This document shows positions 49,541 through 62,299 of a stretch of DNA of 64,000 bases, one piece after another; the stretch's first letter is position 1; each line of letters opens with the position of its first letter. The position numbers were made by a program, and so were the translations under genes. The DNA is from Gemmatales bacterium (GTDB lineage: Bacteria > Planctomycetota > Planctomycetia > Gemmatales > HRBIN36): assembly GCA_041640595.1 (NCBI GenBank), contig JBEPZY010000001.1, positions 992,001-1,056,000 on the forward strand, given 5' to 3'. The notes under the pieces are model-generated. The model was not told the DNA's origin. It worked only from the letters and a program-made list of their open reading frames with translations, and ran no database searches.

Positions 49541-50407
49541 CTATGGGCGTGGGCCACCGAATCCGCCGAAAGGTGGTCCGCCAAAACCGCGACCGCTTCC
49601 AAAACTGATACCGCGCTGTTGCATCCGTTCCTGCATCAATCGGCGATATTCCGAACGCATTGCTCGCATTTCCGGGCTGGTGTGATCGAGGTAAAGGCGA
49701 CGCAGGCGGTCACGCTCTTCGCTAGAAAGAGGCCTGCGTTGACCAGATGGGGCTGGACCTCCCGCCTGTGGGCCCGGGCCTCCCGGTCCGCGCCCTCCTG
49801 GCCCACCGAAACCAGGTTTGCCACCTGGGCCGGGACCTGCAGCCGGACCGCCAGGGCCAGGACCACCGGGATTCCCAGCCCACGGAGGTTTGCCACCGCC
49901 TCCCGAATTACCCGAACCGCTGGGGCCACGTGGACCGCGACCACCACCAAAGCCTCCCTGTTGCATTCGCTGTTCCCACTGCCGACGTCGTTCCAGCATC
50001 CGGTCAATTTCCTCGTCAATGCGTTTGATGCGCTGTTCGTAAGGGAGGCTGAAAAATTCCCGGAGACGGTCATTGAACCGGTTGTTTTCCTCCATTTCGG
50101 CCCAGAGGATCGTGCGCTGCTCTTCGTTGAGATTGCGCATGTTCTGGAACATCTCCCGCATTAGTTCCCACCGCTTTTGCGGATCGGTCTCGTTGTCAAT
50201 TTTTTCACGAAGGGCGAAAATTTTTTCCAGTTCCGGATCGGGACGGTTACTGTACCACCAGGCGAAGGCCATCCCGCCCAGGAAAAGCAACAGGATAAGC
50301 ACGACCGCAACAATGGCCACCTTCTCCCGTTCCTCACGGAGAAAGTCCCGGACACGAAGGGCCTTCTCGCGCGTCCATTCCCAGGCACGTTCGAAATACT
50401 CGCGCAT
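49541..50407 (-). CDS. Membrane-anchored Gly/Pro-rich hypothetical protein
   Basis: AAGGAG SD, single TM, charged helices and a GPGG-rich tract. Confidence 0.75.
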   Translation of the reverse strand: MREYFERAWEWTREKALRVRDFLREEREKVAIVAVVLILLLFLGGMAFAWWYSNRPDPELEKIFALREKIDNETDPQKRWELMREMFQNMRNLNEEQRTILWAEMEENNRFNDRLREFFSLPYEQRIKRIDEEIDRMLERRRQWEQRMQQGGFGGGRGPRGPSGSGNSGGGGKPPWAGNPGGPGPGGPAAGPGPGGKPGFGGPGGRGPGGPGPQAGGPAPSGQRRPLSSEERDRLRRLYLDHTSPEMRAMRSEYRRLMQERMQQRGISFGSGRGFGGPPFGGFGGPRP

Positions 50408-50429
50408 GGCCAGCTCCTTTGTCGAGGGC

Positions 50430-51011
50430 CTATTGACAATGGCCGTCGGCGTACACAATCACCCGACTGGTGGGCGTTCCCTCAGGGCCGTGGAAATTGT
50501 CGAAGTCGTAGCTGAGCATGATCTGGTGGCTACCTCGTTGCCGTTGCGCTTCGAGTTCCTCCAGCGTTTTCCCGGCCACGCTGGACGGATATTCGTAGCT
50601 CAAGCCGATGTCGGGATAATTTTTCGCCCGCTCACGTTCCCAGTAGTGGTAATACTGCGGAGTATTGGGATCCGTCATGCGATCCACGGGGCAGCGGAAA
50701 ATCAAGCCATTGCCTTCGACGTATGGGTAGAGTTCATCAGCCAGGGTGGGTCGCTGCGGCGCGATGCTGGGCATCTGGGCCGCGTCGGGGTAGCGCAACC
50801 CATTAGTCTGACGGTACATCTCCAGAGCCAGACCGATCTGTCGGAGATTGTTCATACACTTGACGCGATTGAACGCCTGCCGCACGCGCTGTACGGCCGG
50901 CATCATCATCCCCATCAGCATCATAATAATCGCCAGCACCACCAGCAGTTCGACCAGCGTGAAACCACTCTTACGGCCTACCATTTGCTTTCTCGCGCGA
51001 CTAGCTGACAT
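50430..51011 (-). CDS. Prepilin-type N-terminal cleavage/methylation protein (DUF1559-like)
   Basis: [24 protein letters not shown]-terminal H..VYADGH. Confidence 0.92.
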   Translation of the reverse strand: MSASRARKQMVGRKSGFTLVELLVVLAIIMMLMGMMMPAVQRVRQAFNRVKCMNNLRQIGLALEMYRQTNGLRYPDAAQMPSIAPQRPTLADELYPYVEGNGLIFRCPVDRMTDPNTPQYYHYWERERAKNYPDIGLSYEYPSSVAGKTLEELEAQRQRGSHQIMLSYDFDNFHGPEGTPTSRVIVYADGHCQ

Positions 51012-51149
51012 AGCTTGCCCTCCGGCGAGCAGACGAAGCTCTATCCGGATCTTACCAGAACAAGATTAATGCCTGATGAAACAGTAAAGATTTTTGCAGT
51101 GGCCGAGCATGGCCCCTATGGTTGCCACTCAACCAGCCCCGTACCTCAG

Positions 51150-51250
51150 CAAACCAGTCGGCCAACTGGAAGTCGAAAGTCCTGCGGACTGGCTAACCCT
51201 CTGCCCAATGCGGCCCCCTAACAAACCAGTCGGCCAACTGGAAGTCGAAA
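51150..51250. repeat. Perfect 29-bp direct repeat pair with internal palindrome
   Basis: CAAACCAGTCGGCCAACTGGAAGTCGAAA at 51150-51178 and 51222-51250. Confidence 0.9.
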
Positions 51251-51358
51251 ATGGTGTATCGGTAGGCGGAAGTGTTTCCGCTTTTCTCGGACACGTCGCC
51301 GACCGGTTTTTGCACCGCAGCGTATATGCCTGCAAAGGAGGCGATTGGGCTGATTTGC

Positions 51359-51387
51359 TTGACGTGTAACAGGCATACTGGTAACAT
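51359..51387 (+). promoter_or_regulatory. Sigma70 promoter of the leader-cimA-valS unit
   Basis: TTGACG-17 bp-TAACAT with extended -10 TG. Confidence 0.7.
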
Positions 51388-51456
51388 ATCAGCAAACTCC
51401 ACAGCGGGAGCAGCTTGCAGCCCGTTCTTTACCTGAATCCACAAGGAACGGCATTG

Positions 51457-51513
51457 ATGCTGGTTCGAGTCGGTCGGATTGGCGAGGCAGTGATTATTAT
51501 TACCGGCCTGTAA
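51457..51513 (+). CDS. Attenuator leader peptide MLVRVGRIGEAVIIITGL
   Basis: AAGGA SD (51443-51447), ATG..GTG ATT ATT ATT..TAA directly before alternative hairpins. Confidence 0.85.
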   Translation: MLVRVGRIGEAVIIITGL

Positions 51514-51556
51514 TGGGCCGGGAGGCTCCCGCTGTCCGAATCCGCGAGCAGCAACC

Positions 51557-51590
51557 GGCCCTGAGAGAAGCACTCGGGGCCTTTTTTATT
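51557..51590 (+). terminator. Attenuator (intrinsic terminator) upstream of cimA
   Basis: GGCCCTGAG/CTCGGGGCC stem (one G-U) followed by TTTTTTATT. Confidence 0.88.
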
Positions 51591-51606
51591 GCCAGCGAGC
51601 ACAACC

Positions 51607-53178
51607 ATGAGCCGACGCATTGCCATTTACGACACCACACTACGCGACGGCAGCCAGGGAGAAGGAGTGAACTTTTCCCTGCAGGACAAAATCCTCATCG
51701 CCCGGAAACTCGACGAACTGGGCGTGGATTACATCGAAGGCGGCTATCCTTACTCCAATCCGAAAGATGCCGACTTTTTCGATGAGATTCGCCGCATTCC
51801 GTTGCAACATGCTCGCATTTGCGCATTTGGCATGACGCGGCGTCGCAATTGCCGGCCCGAAGACGATCCCGGCTTACATGCGCTTCTGGCCTCGCAGGCC
51901 CCCATTGTAACCATCGTTGGCAAAACCTGGGACCTGCACGTGGAGCAAGTGCTGGGGGTGTCGCTGGACGAAAACCTGCGGATGATCCGCGAAAGCATTG
52001 CCTACCTGCGCAGCCAGGGGCGCACCGTTTTTTACGATGCCGAACATTTTTTCGATGGCCTGCACAGCAACCGCGACTACGCCCTGCAAACCATTCGCGT
52101 TGCCGAAGACGCTGGCGCCACTTGTATTATTCTGTGCGATACCAATGGCGGCTCGCTGCCGGACCGCATTGCGGAGTATGTGCGGCTGGCGCGGCAGGCC
52201 GTACACACCGAACTCGGCATCCATTGCCACAATGATAGCGATGTGGCCGTGGCCAATTCCCTGGCCGCTGTTGATGCCGGCGTTTCCCAGGTGCAGGGCA
52301 CGATCAACGGCATCGGTGAACGTTGCGGTAACGCCGACCTCATCAGTATCATTGCCAACCTCGCATTGAAGAAAGGCTACGAAGTGCTGCGCCCCGGCAG
52401 CCTGCGCAAACTCACGGAAGTCTCTCGCTATGTGTACGAAACCGCCAACATGAACTATCGCAACAATCAACCTTTCGTGGGAATTAGCGCCTTTGCCCAC
52501 AAGGGCGGGATGCACGTGCACGCGGTGGTGAGAAACACGGCAACCTACGAACACATTGACCCTTCGCTGGTCGGTAACGAACGGCGAATCCTGATCAGCG
52601 AGCTTTCCGGTCGGAGTAACATCGCCGCCAAGACCAGCCGTTTAGGTTTGCAGCTCGACGAAACCCTGCTGCGCCGTGTGCTTGAGCGCATTTGTGAGCT
52701 GGAGAACCAGGGCTACGAATTCGAAGCGGCCGAAGCTTCGTTCGACCTACTGGTGCGCAAGCTGGCCGGGCTGTACCAGCCGTGGTTTGAGCGGCTCCAT
52801 TACCATGTCACCGTGGAAGCCGACAGTGCCGGTCGGCTGGTCAGCGAAGCGACTGTCAAGCTACGGGTTCGGGGCGAAGTGCAACATGTCGTCGCTGAGG
52901 GCGATGGCCCGGTCAACGCACTGGACGCAGCATTGCGTAAGGCCCTGGAGCCGTATTTTCCCAAACTCAAAGAGATGCGGCTGATGGATTACAAGGTGCG
53001 GGTAGTCAACTCCAGGGCCGGTACCGCCGCCCGGGTCCGCGTCGTCATCGAGTCCGGCGACAAAGACGATGTTTGGGGCACCGTCGGCGTCAGCGAAAAT
53101 ATCATCGAGGCCAGCTGGCAAGCACTCGTGGATAGCTTCGAATACAAACTGTACAAAGAGGCGAACAAGTCGCGCTGA
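51607..53178 (+). CDS. cimA: Citramalate synthase
   Basis: YDTTLRDGSQGEG, DAEHFFDG, LCDTNGG, HCHND, GERCGN, AFAHKGGMH and EGDGPVNALD motifs. Confidence 0.92.
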   Translation: MSRRIAIYDTTLRDGSQGEGVNFSLQDKILIARKLDELGVDYIEGGYPYSNPKDADFFDEIRRIPLQHARICAFGMTRRRNCRPEDDPGLHALLASQAPIVTIVGKTWDLHVEQVLGVSLDENLRMIRESIAYLRSQGRTVFYDAEHFFDGLHSNRDYALQTIRVAEDAGATCIILCDTNGGSLPDRIAEYVRLARQAVHTELGIHCHNDSDVAVANSLAAVDAGVSQVQGTINGIGERCGNADLISIIANLALKKGYEVLRPGSLRKLTEVSRYVYETANMNYRNNQPFVGISAFAHKGGMHVHAVVRNTATYEHIDPSLVGNERRILISELSGRSNIAAKTSRLGLQLDETLLRRVLERICELENQGYEFEAAEASFDLLVRKLAGLYQPWFERLHYHVTVEADSAGRLVSEATVKLRVRGEVQHVVAEGDGPVNALDAALRKALEPYFPKLKEMRLMDYKVRVVNSRAGTAARVRVVIESGDKDDVWGTVGVSENIIEASWQALVDSFEYKLYKEANKSR

Positions 53179-53218
53179 GGTGAGTAATTTTGTCGGCTCC
53201 TGATGGGAGACGCTCGCC

Positions 53219-56134
<2,916 letters not shown>

Positions 56135-56155
56135 CTCCGGTCAGGATAGCCTTGC

Positions 56156-58303
56156 CTACTTGCCGCGCGTGCGGAGATGGAAACGGTCAGCAGCGCCGGC
56201 ACGGTGATACGCTTCCAGAGCAGGGCGAAAAATGGCTCGGATTTGCTCTTCGCTCAGCTCGGAGCCGTCGGCCGAAACGGGATGGAAGATTTCGAGAGGT
56301 CGTGGTGCCAGCAACGTCATCAGTTCTGGCAGATCGTAATGACGCAGTGCACCGGGCACCACATTGGCTAGCTGGCCGATACTGATTCGCTCGCGGATAA
56401 TCGTTTCCCAGGAAGCCAGCATGTCCGCGAGGATCAGACTGTCCACTTTGGGCGCAAGCACAGCAGCATGCAGAACAATTGGCCCGCAACGTCCCAGCCC
56501 CACCAGCTGGACAGGGCGATGAGGAAACTCCTGACGTAGCGCTTCTGTCACACTCACCACGTCCCAGGCACGCTGTCCGAGTAGCGGCCGATTCAAGTGC
56601 AAGGCGAGGAACGCCTCACGCCAATCCGGGCCCACCATATCCATGCTGCCGGGTTTGGCCTTCGGCAGCGCAGTCATGCCGCGCGGAACCATGGCCCAGA
56701 CGGTGCCATTCAACCGCTGTCCTATTCCACTTCCCTCTTTCAACAAATCCGCCAGCTGGGCTTCGCTTTCGACCACGCACACGGTCAATGGGCCATCTTG
56801 CGAGGAACCTACCAGTTGCAGCGACACGGTAATGCCTGGCTCGGTCTCCAAAAGCCGGCGAGTTCCACCAGTCCGAACCGAGACGGTTTTAGCTGGCGTC
56901 ACTTCTCGCCAGGCCAGGAGGTTTGCCAGTATCTTTCGCCGTGCCTCGGCCGGTTGTTTCAGCCAGTCTGCTCTGAGCTGGCGACAACGGTCTGCTTCCT
57001 GGCGACAGATATCGAAAACCGAAACCCCTTTCAGGTCTGCCAGCACCTGGCCGGTTTTGGTGCATTGCAACTGAGCATCTGTGAAGACCGGAAAATCAGG
57101 TTCCGTAGCGGCATCATCTTTTCCCTGCAACCAGCGGCGCATCCAGCGAAGCATAGCCTCCCGCTGACCCTTGTGGAAGCCGTGTTTGGTGGGGAATTCG
57201 GCCAGCTCCACACGCTCCGGAAACCCCAGCAAGCCGTAGAGTCGCTTGGCTTCGCGGAAAGTTTCCCAGCTGCCGCGAATGTCGAAATAGTCATAGGTGG
57301 CTGTCAACACCAGGGTCGGTTTCGGAGCACGCAAGGTGATGTAGTCGGCGTGGTCAAGTCCGAAGGCCACCTGGCCGGGGATATTTTGTTCGGCATCCTG
57401 TGGGCCGATAGTTTCAAACAACCGTTCCAGGGAGGTGATGTAACACGACGGAGCTGCCGCCAGGATGCGGTCATCCAGTGCCATCAGGTATGCCGTTAGC
57501 GTGCCCCCGCCGGAGTTTCCCGTACATCCCAGACGATGGGCATCTACTTCGGGTCGGCTGGAGAGATAATCGAGTGCACGTATGCCATCCCAGATGCGAA
57601 ACGTGGCAGTATTCCAGCCAACCAGCAGCGCCGCGATACCGCTAAGCGTGTGTTCCGTGGTGCTGGAGCGGATGCGGGGTTTGCCTTCATCATCGAGAAT
57701 CTGATAACGTTCACCCTGGCCGATCGGGTCGTAGCAAAGCACAACGAAACCGTGTTTGGCCAGCGAAATACATGCCCGCTGGTATGCCTCGGCTGCCTTG
57801 CCATTGGCGCTATGCCCGCAGGGAAGCAGAACGCCAGGGAATGGCCCTTGGCCCTCCGGCACATAAAGCGCTGCGGTAACGTGGTGCCCCGGCCGACTCT
57901 CAAAAATCACCTTCTCCACTCGGAAACCAACGCCGGTCAGCGTGCCGGTTACCTGCGGGCGAAGCGGTGTCTTGTCTGGAAAACCACCGAGAGCCGCCAC
58001 GAATTGTTTCCGCAGGCGATCTTGCCGCTGGCGGATTTGTTCCGCCGACTGCAACTGTTCTATTTCCTGGCGCCGATGCTGAAAGTGCTTGCGACACTCG
58101 CTGAGCAAAAAGTCGTAAAGCTGTTTGCGAGAGTCAACTGCCTCATTTTGCTCAGCCAGCGAAGTCCAGACCGGAAGCTGCACACTCAGCGCTAGGGCAA
58201 CCAATGCCAGGAACCAGCGGGAAGCGAGTGTTGATCTGGGCTCCAGTCGGGCAAACCGTTTTCGACACCGTAGGCTCACCGCTGTTCTCAGTTGGGCAGG
58301 CAT
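56156..58303 (-). CDS. Secreted alpha/beta hydrolase (acetylxylan esterase-like, two-domain)
   Basis: PCGHS, DPIGQGER, GCTGNSGGG and DAEQN motifs. Confidence 0.88.
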   Translation of the reverse strand: MPAQLRTAVSLRCRKRFARLEPRSTLASRWFLALVALALSVQLPVWTSLAEQNEAVDSRKQLYDFLLSECRKHFQHRRQEIEQLQSAEQIRQRQDRLRKQFVAALGGFPDKTPLRPQVTGTLTGVGFRVEKVIFESRPGHHVTAALYVPEGQGPFPGVLLPCGHSANGKAAEAYQRACISLAKHGFVVLCYDPIGQGERYQILDDEGKPRIRSSTTEHTLSGIAALLVGWNTATFRIWDGIRALDYLSSRPEVDAHRLGCTGNSGGGTLTAYLMALDDRILAAAPSCYITSLERLFETIGPQDAEQNIPGQVAFGLDHADYITLRAPKPTLVLTATYDYFDIRGSWETFREAKRLYGLLGFPERVELAEFPTKHGFHKGQREAMLRWMRRWLQGKDDAATEPDFPVFTDAQLQCTKTGQVLADLKGVSVFDICRQEADRCRQLRADWLKQPAEARRKILANLLAWREVTPAKTVSVRTGGTRRLLETEPGITVSLQLVGSSQDGPLTVCVVESEAQLADLLKEGSGIGQRLNGTVWAMVPRGMTALPKAKPGSMDMVGPDWREAFLALHLNRPLLGQRAWDVVSVTEALRQEFPHRPVQLVGLGRCGPIVLHAAVLAPKVDSLILADMLASWETIIRERISIGQLANVVPGALRHYDLPELMTLLAPRPLEIFHPVSADGSELSEEQIRAIFRPALEAYHRAGAADRFHLRTRGK

Positions 58304-58944
58304 CGTGCTGCTCCTCGGCAGGTCGGTAAGATGGAAGGGTGCGCAATGGGTGGTCTGGAGCTACATTATTGTGCGATTATGCCACTGACTACCCGACTGA
58401 GCCAGCAGGTCCGATCCTGGCTTATCGCCAAACGAAAACCGCATTGCGCCATTGGCCAGCTTACGGACGCGGCAGCAGCTGTCTCTGGTGCATACACGTG
58501 GCCCATACGACGAATGCCGGGCAACCAATGCCAGATTGAAAGGACACCTTAGCACGTAGTCGGATCGCCGGTGTTAAACGCCGTTCCGCACGCGTGAGCA
58601 GGTGGGTTGTGGACTTCTCGCATCCTGTTTTTGACCGGTTTTTGCGAAGCGATTTTTGCGCCTGTTGCGTCCTTCCGGCTTGCGACGACGCCAGAGCCAA
58701 CCTAAGCTGAAATCGGAAGACCCTGCGGCGCTTGATAAACCCGGCATACCGGTCAGGGTAACCGAAGCGGTGTCAACTCGCAACTTCCTCGAAATAGCAA
58801 CGTCCGGCAGCAAATATCTTGCTGGCACACGCAGCGATCCTTAGACACCGCCTCGATGTGTGCGTCGGGCCTGGCTAACTCGACCGCACCGGCAAACGGC
58901 ATGGGCTTGCTTCACAAGGGCATTTCATCGGCAGGAATATCACC

Positions 58945-60597
58945 ATGAAAAGGCACCCAATTGTGTGGTGGGGATTATTCGCCAGCCTTTGGTTGATAGG
59001 AGAGTCGGTCAGGATGACAGATGCCCGGCTTCCGGCCGGAGATGTTTTGCCTCCACCACAGATTGTTTCCGTGCAGCCATATACTCCGATTGCTGGTGCC
59101 CCCGTAAAAGTTATCCTGGCTCACCCCTGGGCATCTGCGCAGCTGGTACAGTTGCAGTGGCGGTGGGCAGGTTCCGAACAGTGGCAATGGCTGACCAGTT
59201 GTGAATGGCACCTGCTGCAAGCACCGCCCGAAAAACTCCATGTGCAATTTCGCGCGACAGATGCCCACGGTCGAAGCTCGCCGGTGGTGGAATTGGTTCG
59301 CCCGACCGTTTCACCCCGGCCACTGGTTCGAGTCGTCGGAATCGAGCCACCAGAAGGCCCTGTCTATGGCCATCCGTTTGCGGTGCAGCTGGTGGCACAA
59401 TCGCCCTTGCTTCGCACCATCCATACGGTTCAGTGGCGGTACCCTGGCGAAACAGCCTGGAAGACGCTGCCAGCACTGGCAGGAAAACCTCACTGGGTAT
59501 GGAAACTCGCAAAAGTAACATCGCTGAAAGTATCGGTTGAGTTTCGAGCGGTGGATGAACGCGGTGACGTTTCGTCCTCGCTGCTGGCCAGCTGGGATGT
59601 TTCTCCCTTGGTTGCATCGTTCCCTGTTGCCCAACTCGGTGGCTTGCGAGAACGACCGTCTCTGCATGCGCTGGCGCTGGTGCCCAAAACCACCCGGCTG
59701 GTCTTTGCAGGAGATGCTGGTCTGGTTGGCTGGCTCGACTGGCAAACGGGTGAAGTGAAGCTGTGGCCGGGACATTCTGCGGAACACCCAGTTTGGGACA
59801 TAGCGGCGATAACCTTGCCCGATGGCCGAATGCTTGCCCTTTCTGGAAGCCAGGACGGCACGGCACGCCTTTGGGATGTGCAGAAACAGAAAGACGAGCG
59901 TGTCTTAACCGGAGATCCCGGATCGGTCAATGCCGTCGCTTTTTCTCCTGATGGCAAATTTTGCTTCACCGGAGACAGTAGCGGCCGGTGCACGATGTGG
60001 GAAACCGCAACCGGCAAGCAGGTAAGGGAGCTCGAAATGAGCACTGGCCCGATCTGCGTGCTGCGAGCCTGGTTGCAAAACGGCGACGTAATCCTGGCTG
60101 CTGGCGATGCCGACAAGAATGTGCACGTCTGGAACGCCAGCCAGGGTGACAGGATCGCGGTTCAGGTGGCTGACGATGAACTGGTTTGGGCCCTCGCCCA
60201 CGCTTCTGGCAAAAACTTGCTGACAGGGGGCAAGTCGCCAATGGCGCGATACTGGAGAGCGCTGCTGGAAAAAGGCGCACTTCGCCTGCACAGAGAACTG
60301 TTCCCGACCCAGGAGCACGGTACAAGGCCCTGGTATGCGGACTCGAATTTCACCGCCGCTGAGTTTACGCCCGATGAAAAATTTGCCGTCACCTGCGATC
60401 GCTCTGGACGATTGATACTTTGGGAGCTTGAGGGCGGCCGGCCATTGCGGGTCATGTACCAGCCCAATCAAAACCTGTGGGAGGATCGCCGAGGGTTTAG
60501 CGATCTTGTGTTGACCGCTGACGGCGAATTCGCTTTAACCGCCGACCGCGACGGTTATGTCCGTGTCTGGTATATAGGCGAACGGCCGGTTCGTTGA
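58945..60597 (+). CDS. Exported WD40-repeat protein with two N-terminal Ig-like repeats
   Basis: SGSQDGTARLWD, VNAVAFSPDG and DGYVRVW repeats; duplicated QWR...FRA.D..G..S modules. Confidence 0.88.
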   Translation: MKRHPIVWWGLFASLWLIGESVRMTDARLPAGDVLPPPQIVSVQPYTPIAGAPVKVILAHPWASAQLVQLQWRWAGSEQWQWLTSCEWHLLQAPPEKLHVQFRATDAHGRSSPVVELVRPTVSPRPLVRVVGIEPPEGPVYGHPFAVQLVAQSPLLRTIHTVQWRYPGETAWKTLPALAGKPHWVWKLAKVTSLKVSVEFRAVDERGDVSSSLLASWDVSPLVASFPVAQLGGLRERPSLHALALVPKTTRLVFAGDAGLVGWLDWQTGEVKLWPGHSAEHPVWDIAAITLPDGRMLALSGSQDGTARLWDVQKQKDERVLTGDPGSVNAVAFSPDGKFCFTGDSSGRCTMWETATGKQVRELEMSTGPICVLRAWLQNGDVILAAGDADKNVHVWNASQGDRIAVQVADDELVWALAHASGKNLLTGGKSPMARYWRALLEKGALRLHRELFPTQEHGTRPWYADSNFTAAEFTPDEKFAVTCDRSGRLILWELEGGRPLRVMYQPNQNLWEDRRGFSDLVLTADGEFALTADRDGYVRVWYIGERPVR

Positions 60598-60858
60598 CGT
60601 TTGGGCGTGGTTCCGGTACAATTTTTGCGATGCCTATTCAGAGATTGGTCAGGTCGCTAAATTTGGATAGGGCGCACCTGCGCAGACGGGTGAATCACTA
60701 GGGGCATGACACAAGAATTCCCTGGCGTAATGCCGGTAGGGCAGGGTTTCGAGACTAACGGGATCTCTTAGCTCGCTGAGTACAGGAATAAATACACGAG
60801 ATCACGCAACCGGGGTGAGTGGCCGAGCTATTCACCTCCCAGACGGAGATCAACAGCG

Positions 60859-62097
60859 ATGGCATCTCAAGAGCGGTTGCAGCGGTTGACACGGAATGAA
60901 TTGGTGGAACTGGCACGCCAACGTAAAATCCGCGGTTATTCCCGCATGACCAAAGAAGAACTGATCGCAGCCCTGACCGGTGAGCCAACCGGGGAACGGA
61001 CACCGTCAAGAATTTCTCAACGGCGACAAACCACGACGCCCACCGAATCAAAGCAAACCAGAGGCCCGCGGTCTCGCGCAGCTCGCTCGGCAGAGAAAAG
61101 TGCAGCCGATGCTTCTCAGGCTTCCTCGTCGCAAACTGGTGAAGCTATGCCAGCACGACAACGCTCCGCAGCCAGACTTGGAGAAAGTGGAGTAGCGACC
61201 CCTGAAGAGCAGGTCGAAACCAGCAAATACGAAGTCGGTGTCCCGACGCGGGAATTGTCGCCGCAATTGCCGCGTGACCTGCCCGCAGGATATGGCGTGG
61301 ATCGGCTGGTTTTGTTGGTGCGCGACCCATTCTGGCTCCATGCCTATTGGGAATTGACCCCGGCCACAATTGAACGAGCGGCAGCTGCGCTGGGAGCAGA
61401 ATGGCACGGCTCTCGACCGGCATTGCGCCTAGTGGACGTTACCAGTGGTGATAGCACACCAACCAGCGAAACCGTCCTGCGCGACATTCCCATCAACGAC
61501 CAGGCCCGCAACTGGTATATCGAGGTCAGCGATCCGCCTCGGAGTTTTCGAGTGGACCTGGGTTACCTGACTCCTTCCGGTCGCTTCCACACGGTGTTGC
61601 GCTCCAATGTGGTGACCACCCCGCGAGCTGGCGTCAGTGAACGCATAGATGAAGCCTGGGCCGATTTGCCGGAAAACTACGAGCGTATCCTCGCTATGTC
61701 CGCTGGATTCCAACCGGGCACGAGCAGCGAAGAAGTCCGGCGTTTGATTCGGGAACGGTTGCAGCGACCGCTGGCTTCCGGAATGCTGGCCAGCATGGCC
61801 TCCGAAGCACTGGCGCGACGGCGTGGTGCACGTGGTTTCTGGTTCCAGGTCGAAGCTGAGCTCATCGTTTACGGAGCCACCGAACCCGGTGCAAAAGTAA
61901 CTCTTCAGGGGGAACCGGTTACCTTGCGGCCTGACGGTACTTTCACCGTGCGAATGGCGTTACCCAATGGCCGACAGATTATTCCCGCTGTGGCGATTTC
62001 TCCTGACGGTCTGGAAGAGCGCACCATTGTCCTCGCTGTCGAACGTAACACCAAAACTCTCGAGCCGGTGTTACGAGAGTTAGTGACTGAAGCCTGA
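60859..62097 (+). CDS. DUF4912 domain protein with Rho N-terminal domain
   Basis: ELVELARQRKIRGYSRMTKEELI; LPAGYG.DRLVLLVRDPFWLHAYWE; AELIVYGATEP. Confidence 0.9.
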   Translation: MASQERLQRLTRNELVELARQRKIRGYSRMTKEELIAALTGEPTGERTPSRISQRRQTTTPTESKQTRGPRSRAARSAEKSAADASQASSSQTGEAMPARQRSAARLGESGVATPEEQVETSKYEVGVPTRELSPQLPRDLPAGYGVDRLVLLVRDPFWLHAYWELTPATIERAAAALGAEWHGSRPALRLVDVTSGDSTPTSETVLRDIPINDQARNWYIEVSDPPRSFRVDLGYLTPSGRFHTVLRSNVVTTPRAGVSERIDEAWADLPENYERILAMSAGFQPGTSSEEVRRLIRERLQRPLASGMLASMASEALARRRGARGFWFQVEAELIVYGATEPGAKVTLQGEPVTLRPDGTFTVRMALPNGRQIIPAVAISPDGLEERTIVLAVERNTKTLEPVLRELVTEA

Positions 62098-62299
62098 TTC
62101 CCCGGAAAGCCGCGGCAGCGCCGAGCGTCCTGATGCTCACAGCATTCAGGCGGTCATTAGGCAATATCAAGGGAAAAGCCTGCGGAAGCTACTCATCGCC
62201 TTGATGGTATCCGTGTAACCGTCGTCAGGCTCAACACAAGAAACGCCCTTTGAACCGGCCTTGTTTACTTCGCTTTGCGTCTCTCAGCGTGTCCACAAA

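Noticed and set aside
51094..51369. 91-aa ORF with repeated KPVGQLEVE
   Set aside because: Explained by the 72-bp-period DNA repeat; no other coding evidence
58898..58912. Sigma54 promoter upstream of the WD40 gene
   Set aside because: GG-to-GC spacing is 9 rather than the required 10
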